From positions 1 to 39,600 of the forward strand of contig NMRA01001213.1 of the NCBI GenBank assembly GCA_002633005.1: a DNA stretch of 39,600 bases, written 5' to 3'. Numbering within the stretch: the stretch's first letter is position 1; every line of letters begins with the position of its first letter. The stretch is from Phoronis australis (Eukaryota > Animalia > Phoronida). Below are positions 36,801-39,600 of this stretch, one piece after another. The notes under the pieces are model-generated. The model worked only from the letters and a program-made list of their open reading frames with translations. It was not told the DNA's origin and searched no databases. A program made the translations under genes and the position numbers.

Positions 36801-38039
36801 GTATTTTATTCTGAATAAATTCTGGATAGTTTTCTATGAATTGTTGATTAATTTCACAAATAATTCAACACCAAAAATTAAACTTATGTTCTCTAACGAA
36901 GCTCGAAAAATTACCGGCTTGGAGCGCTGCTTAGTCTCGTGACGTATTTGGCGGGGGCAAAGTCACTGTCCTGTGTTAGCGTGCAATCAAGTAGCGTTTT
37001 TTGTATTGTCGGAATAAGAAATTTTAGTGTGAAATTTCGGGTCACAAGGGATACCTGTTTGAGCCGAGGCAACACAAAGTGATACCTAGTCATCGTCATC
37101 GTCAGACGAAAATTTGCCGGTGTAACTGGTGTCAGTGACTGTGCCGAGGGCAATGTGGACTCTAGCCATCCAGTCAGCCAGTTGTCAGCCAATACTCCGG
37201 CAGCTCTGTAAACTTGAAGGGTTGGTAAGTTACCGACTGTACCTGTATGAAGACTATCGTACCACTGTGTGTTGAGCTCCGTTAACCCCGAAATTTCAGA
37301 CAGCCGTTGACTACCCGGGTATAGTTGACTCAGTTATGCTCGTCACCTCGTCGTAAAACTTAGGCTACATCAACATATAAAGCTAACGGACCGGCGGGGG
37401 CGCATGCAAAATCTGATATAGTCACCCGACACTTCCATTGTTCGTTGCAGCCGTTTAAGTGGAAAACAATCAAATAAACGTCCTTTGGTAGCATAATTTG
37501 CCGCCTTTTTAACAAAGAAGTGTGTCGTCCGTTTCAAGAACAGCACGCTCGTGACACGGCGCACGCGCCATTTCATAAAAATTTGAGACGTCTTTCGGGA
37601 CATCATAACAGCTTCGCAGCACCAAGGTTGTTCTAAAATTCGGTTTGCTGGTGTAAAAATACTAAAAACTTGAAACAAAATGAAACAAGCTCCGATAATT
37701 TGTTATAACATGTACGCAACCTAGGTACCGTCAGCGACGAACACATGATAAAAGAATCAGGGGGAAAAGAAACTGGTAAAGGTCAGGTGACGTAATCGCA
37801 AAAAGCCGACTCAAGAAAACACATCACAATTTTACTAGCACCAGCCGATGAACGATCGCTAACATTTCCAACACCGGTAAATACAGAAGTTAGTTTACTC
37901 TAGGAACCTGTTTCCTAGGTTTACTCAAGGATGACTTAGTTTTAATGACATTTATTTGAGTCAGATTTTATTTGTACATTTTTTACCCATATCGGCTTAA
38001 ACCTGTAGGCCTATATCTAGTATACACTGAGCTTTGGGC

Positions 38040-38432
38040 CAAGGCTTGGGTAACCCGGCGATGGTATGCGATGACCATCCCTTTAGAAGACGCCTTTTTC
38101 GAAGAGTTTGAGCAACCAGGTGCCATACAAAAAGGCATAGCGAACCTTTTACAGCACTGTGGCAAACAATTAAAAAATAAGGACGATTGATACAATGATA
38201 AATTACGATGTAAACTCTTCAAATATGACATAAGCAATGAATGTGCAAAGCAGCCGATACCCCGCCGTTCACGTCACTGACACATCAGCCAATCAGCGAT
38301 CGCTTTCAGAATTCAGTGTTTTGACCATGAATACGAATTGGCTTTTGTTTGGCACGCAAGTCAGGCAAATGTGAGTTTTATTTGTATGTTAGAACCGATT
38401 AACTGCAACATTATTTTGACTACAGTCCCCTT
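38040..38432 (-). mobile_element. End of another Kolobok-like element with a THAP N-terminal stub (ATG at 38138)
   Basis: ..CAGTCCCCTT|TTAA terminus. MPFCMAPGCSNSSKKASSKGMVIAYHR reads inward from it, the same geometry as 17350-19217. The rest of the THAP domain is not recognisable. Confidence 0.5.
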
Positions 38433-38897
38433 TTAAACTCGGCCAAGAAACCAAACAACAGAAAACTGAGATTTGTTATTCTGCCATTTTAGTACGGTAG
38501 AAGTGTAGGCGTTTTCAAATATTGAATTGAAAGTGATCGTCAAATATGCAAGTATGTTATTCATCCAGTGTCCACTTTGATTGCGGATTGGTGGATTGAC
38601 ATCCATTCGTGTACACGTGTGAGCGTTTCTGTTCTTTTAAATTCAGTGAGTTCATTACAGGCAGTTTTTTCTGTCGTGCTCAAAATCCTGACATTCAGCT
38701 ACCGTGTTATCTTGCACTGAGAATACCCCATCGAACATATTCAAGTTATGATGGAAAAGTAGGCCTAGACCCCAACTTCAATCAATGAAAGTATCCTCTA
38801 GTCAATCAATATCAATGGTGCTCAATATTGGAGACTTCATACGAGCTACAAAGTCGATCTGGAAAAGATTGCCAAGGTTCTGTGTCACTATGACGAA

Positions 38898-39014
38898 AGT
38901 TCAATACTCCGAAGGTCCAGTACTCCGAATGTCCACTACTCCGAAGGTTGGTTACCTTCTACAAATACAACTTTGAATTTCCACTGTCCCGAAACTCCGA
39001 CAGTTCACTACTCA
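38898..39014 (+). repeat. Third array of the 16-bp motif
   Basis: tactccgaaggtccagtactccgaatgtccactactccgaagg. Confidence 0.65.
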
Positions 39015-39422
39015 CAACTCATATTCTCAAGCAGAGACAACATCTGGGGCACGCGTCAAGGCTGCGGAGTATGGAACGCCCCTAGCGTCACCTTGTGACG
39101 GGTCTTTTCTGACACGTGACGAGTCATTTTTGACACGCTGACACGTCAATGATGCTGTCGAACTCGTGTGGATGTTCTTAAAAGAACCAACCAGTGTTAA
39201 GGTTTTACAGTGTGTTGACTAAACCAATGAGATCGTCATGTTTTGAGGTGACTAACAAGAACAAAGGCTGTCAATCATATATCGACTTAGTATTCCAAGA
39301 GCCAAAAACAGGAGTTACTGAACACGTAAGTGTACCGGAAATGTGCATTGGATGGCTTCAAGGAATTTGTACGATCAGCAAGTACTAATAACGATGATGG
39401 GTACGGCGACGACAATTTCTTG

Positions 39423-39578
39423 TGATGGTGCATTCCAGGAATTCCTTTCACCAAACATGAGTATGTTGAGTAGTTAGTTATGTAACTGTTAGGTGGCGCT
39501 AGTGGAGGGAGTTGGAATAAAGAGGGCTTCCGTCTAAGACTGTGTTTATTTTATCACATACAAAATCCGTCAACATCA
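39423..39578 (+). mobile_element. 5' LTR (~156 bp) of an LTR retrotransposon, probably Ty3/Gypsy
   Basis: TGATGGTG ... CAACATCA inverted termini, AATAAA at 39516-39521, PBS 3 nt downstream. The start could alternatively be 39421. Confidence 0.65.
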
Positions 39579-39581
39579 ACT

Positions 39582-39599
39582 TGGTGTCAGGAGTGGGAT
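39582..39599 (+). promoter_or_regulatory. Primer-binding site complementary to the tRNA-Leu 3' end
   Basis: TGGTGTCAGGAGTGGGAT is the reverse complement of the metazoan tRNA-Leu(CAG) 3' end ATCCCACTCCTGACACCA (recalled, not searched). Confidence 0.8.
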
Positions 39600-39600
39600 C

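Overview
AT-rich, repeat-dense eukaryotic (metazoan, probably invertebrate) genomic DNA. It is not prokaryotic, and most ORFs in the supplied track are spurious. Four single Ns (3838, 10009, 13884, 23118) mark assembly joins; two are flanked by near-identical, haplotype-like duplications. Main content: (1) a minus-strand spliced TPR + ankyrin (TRANK1-like) gene remnant at about 5.0-8.8 kb, with stop codons in its upstream TPR exons; (2) several TTAA-flanked Kolobok-type DNA transposons, the best being a 1868-bp internally deleted copy (17350-19217) with a THAP ORF and a convergent KolX/P2X7-ballast-like remnant; (3) further decayed THAP remnants and a HIRAN-like remnant; (4) plus-strand Cys-rich exons, including a phase 1-1 exon resembling a fibronectin type I/VWC module (24153-24296); (5) a ~9-kb cluster of two Helentron/DINE-1-like non-autonomous element families (27471-36386); (6) a short LTR with a tRNA-Leu primer-binding site at the right edge. 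All family assignments come from motif recognition by eye, not from database searches.
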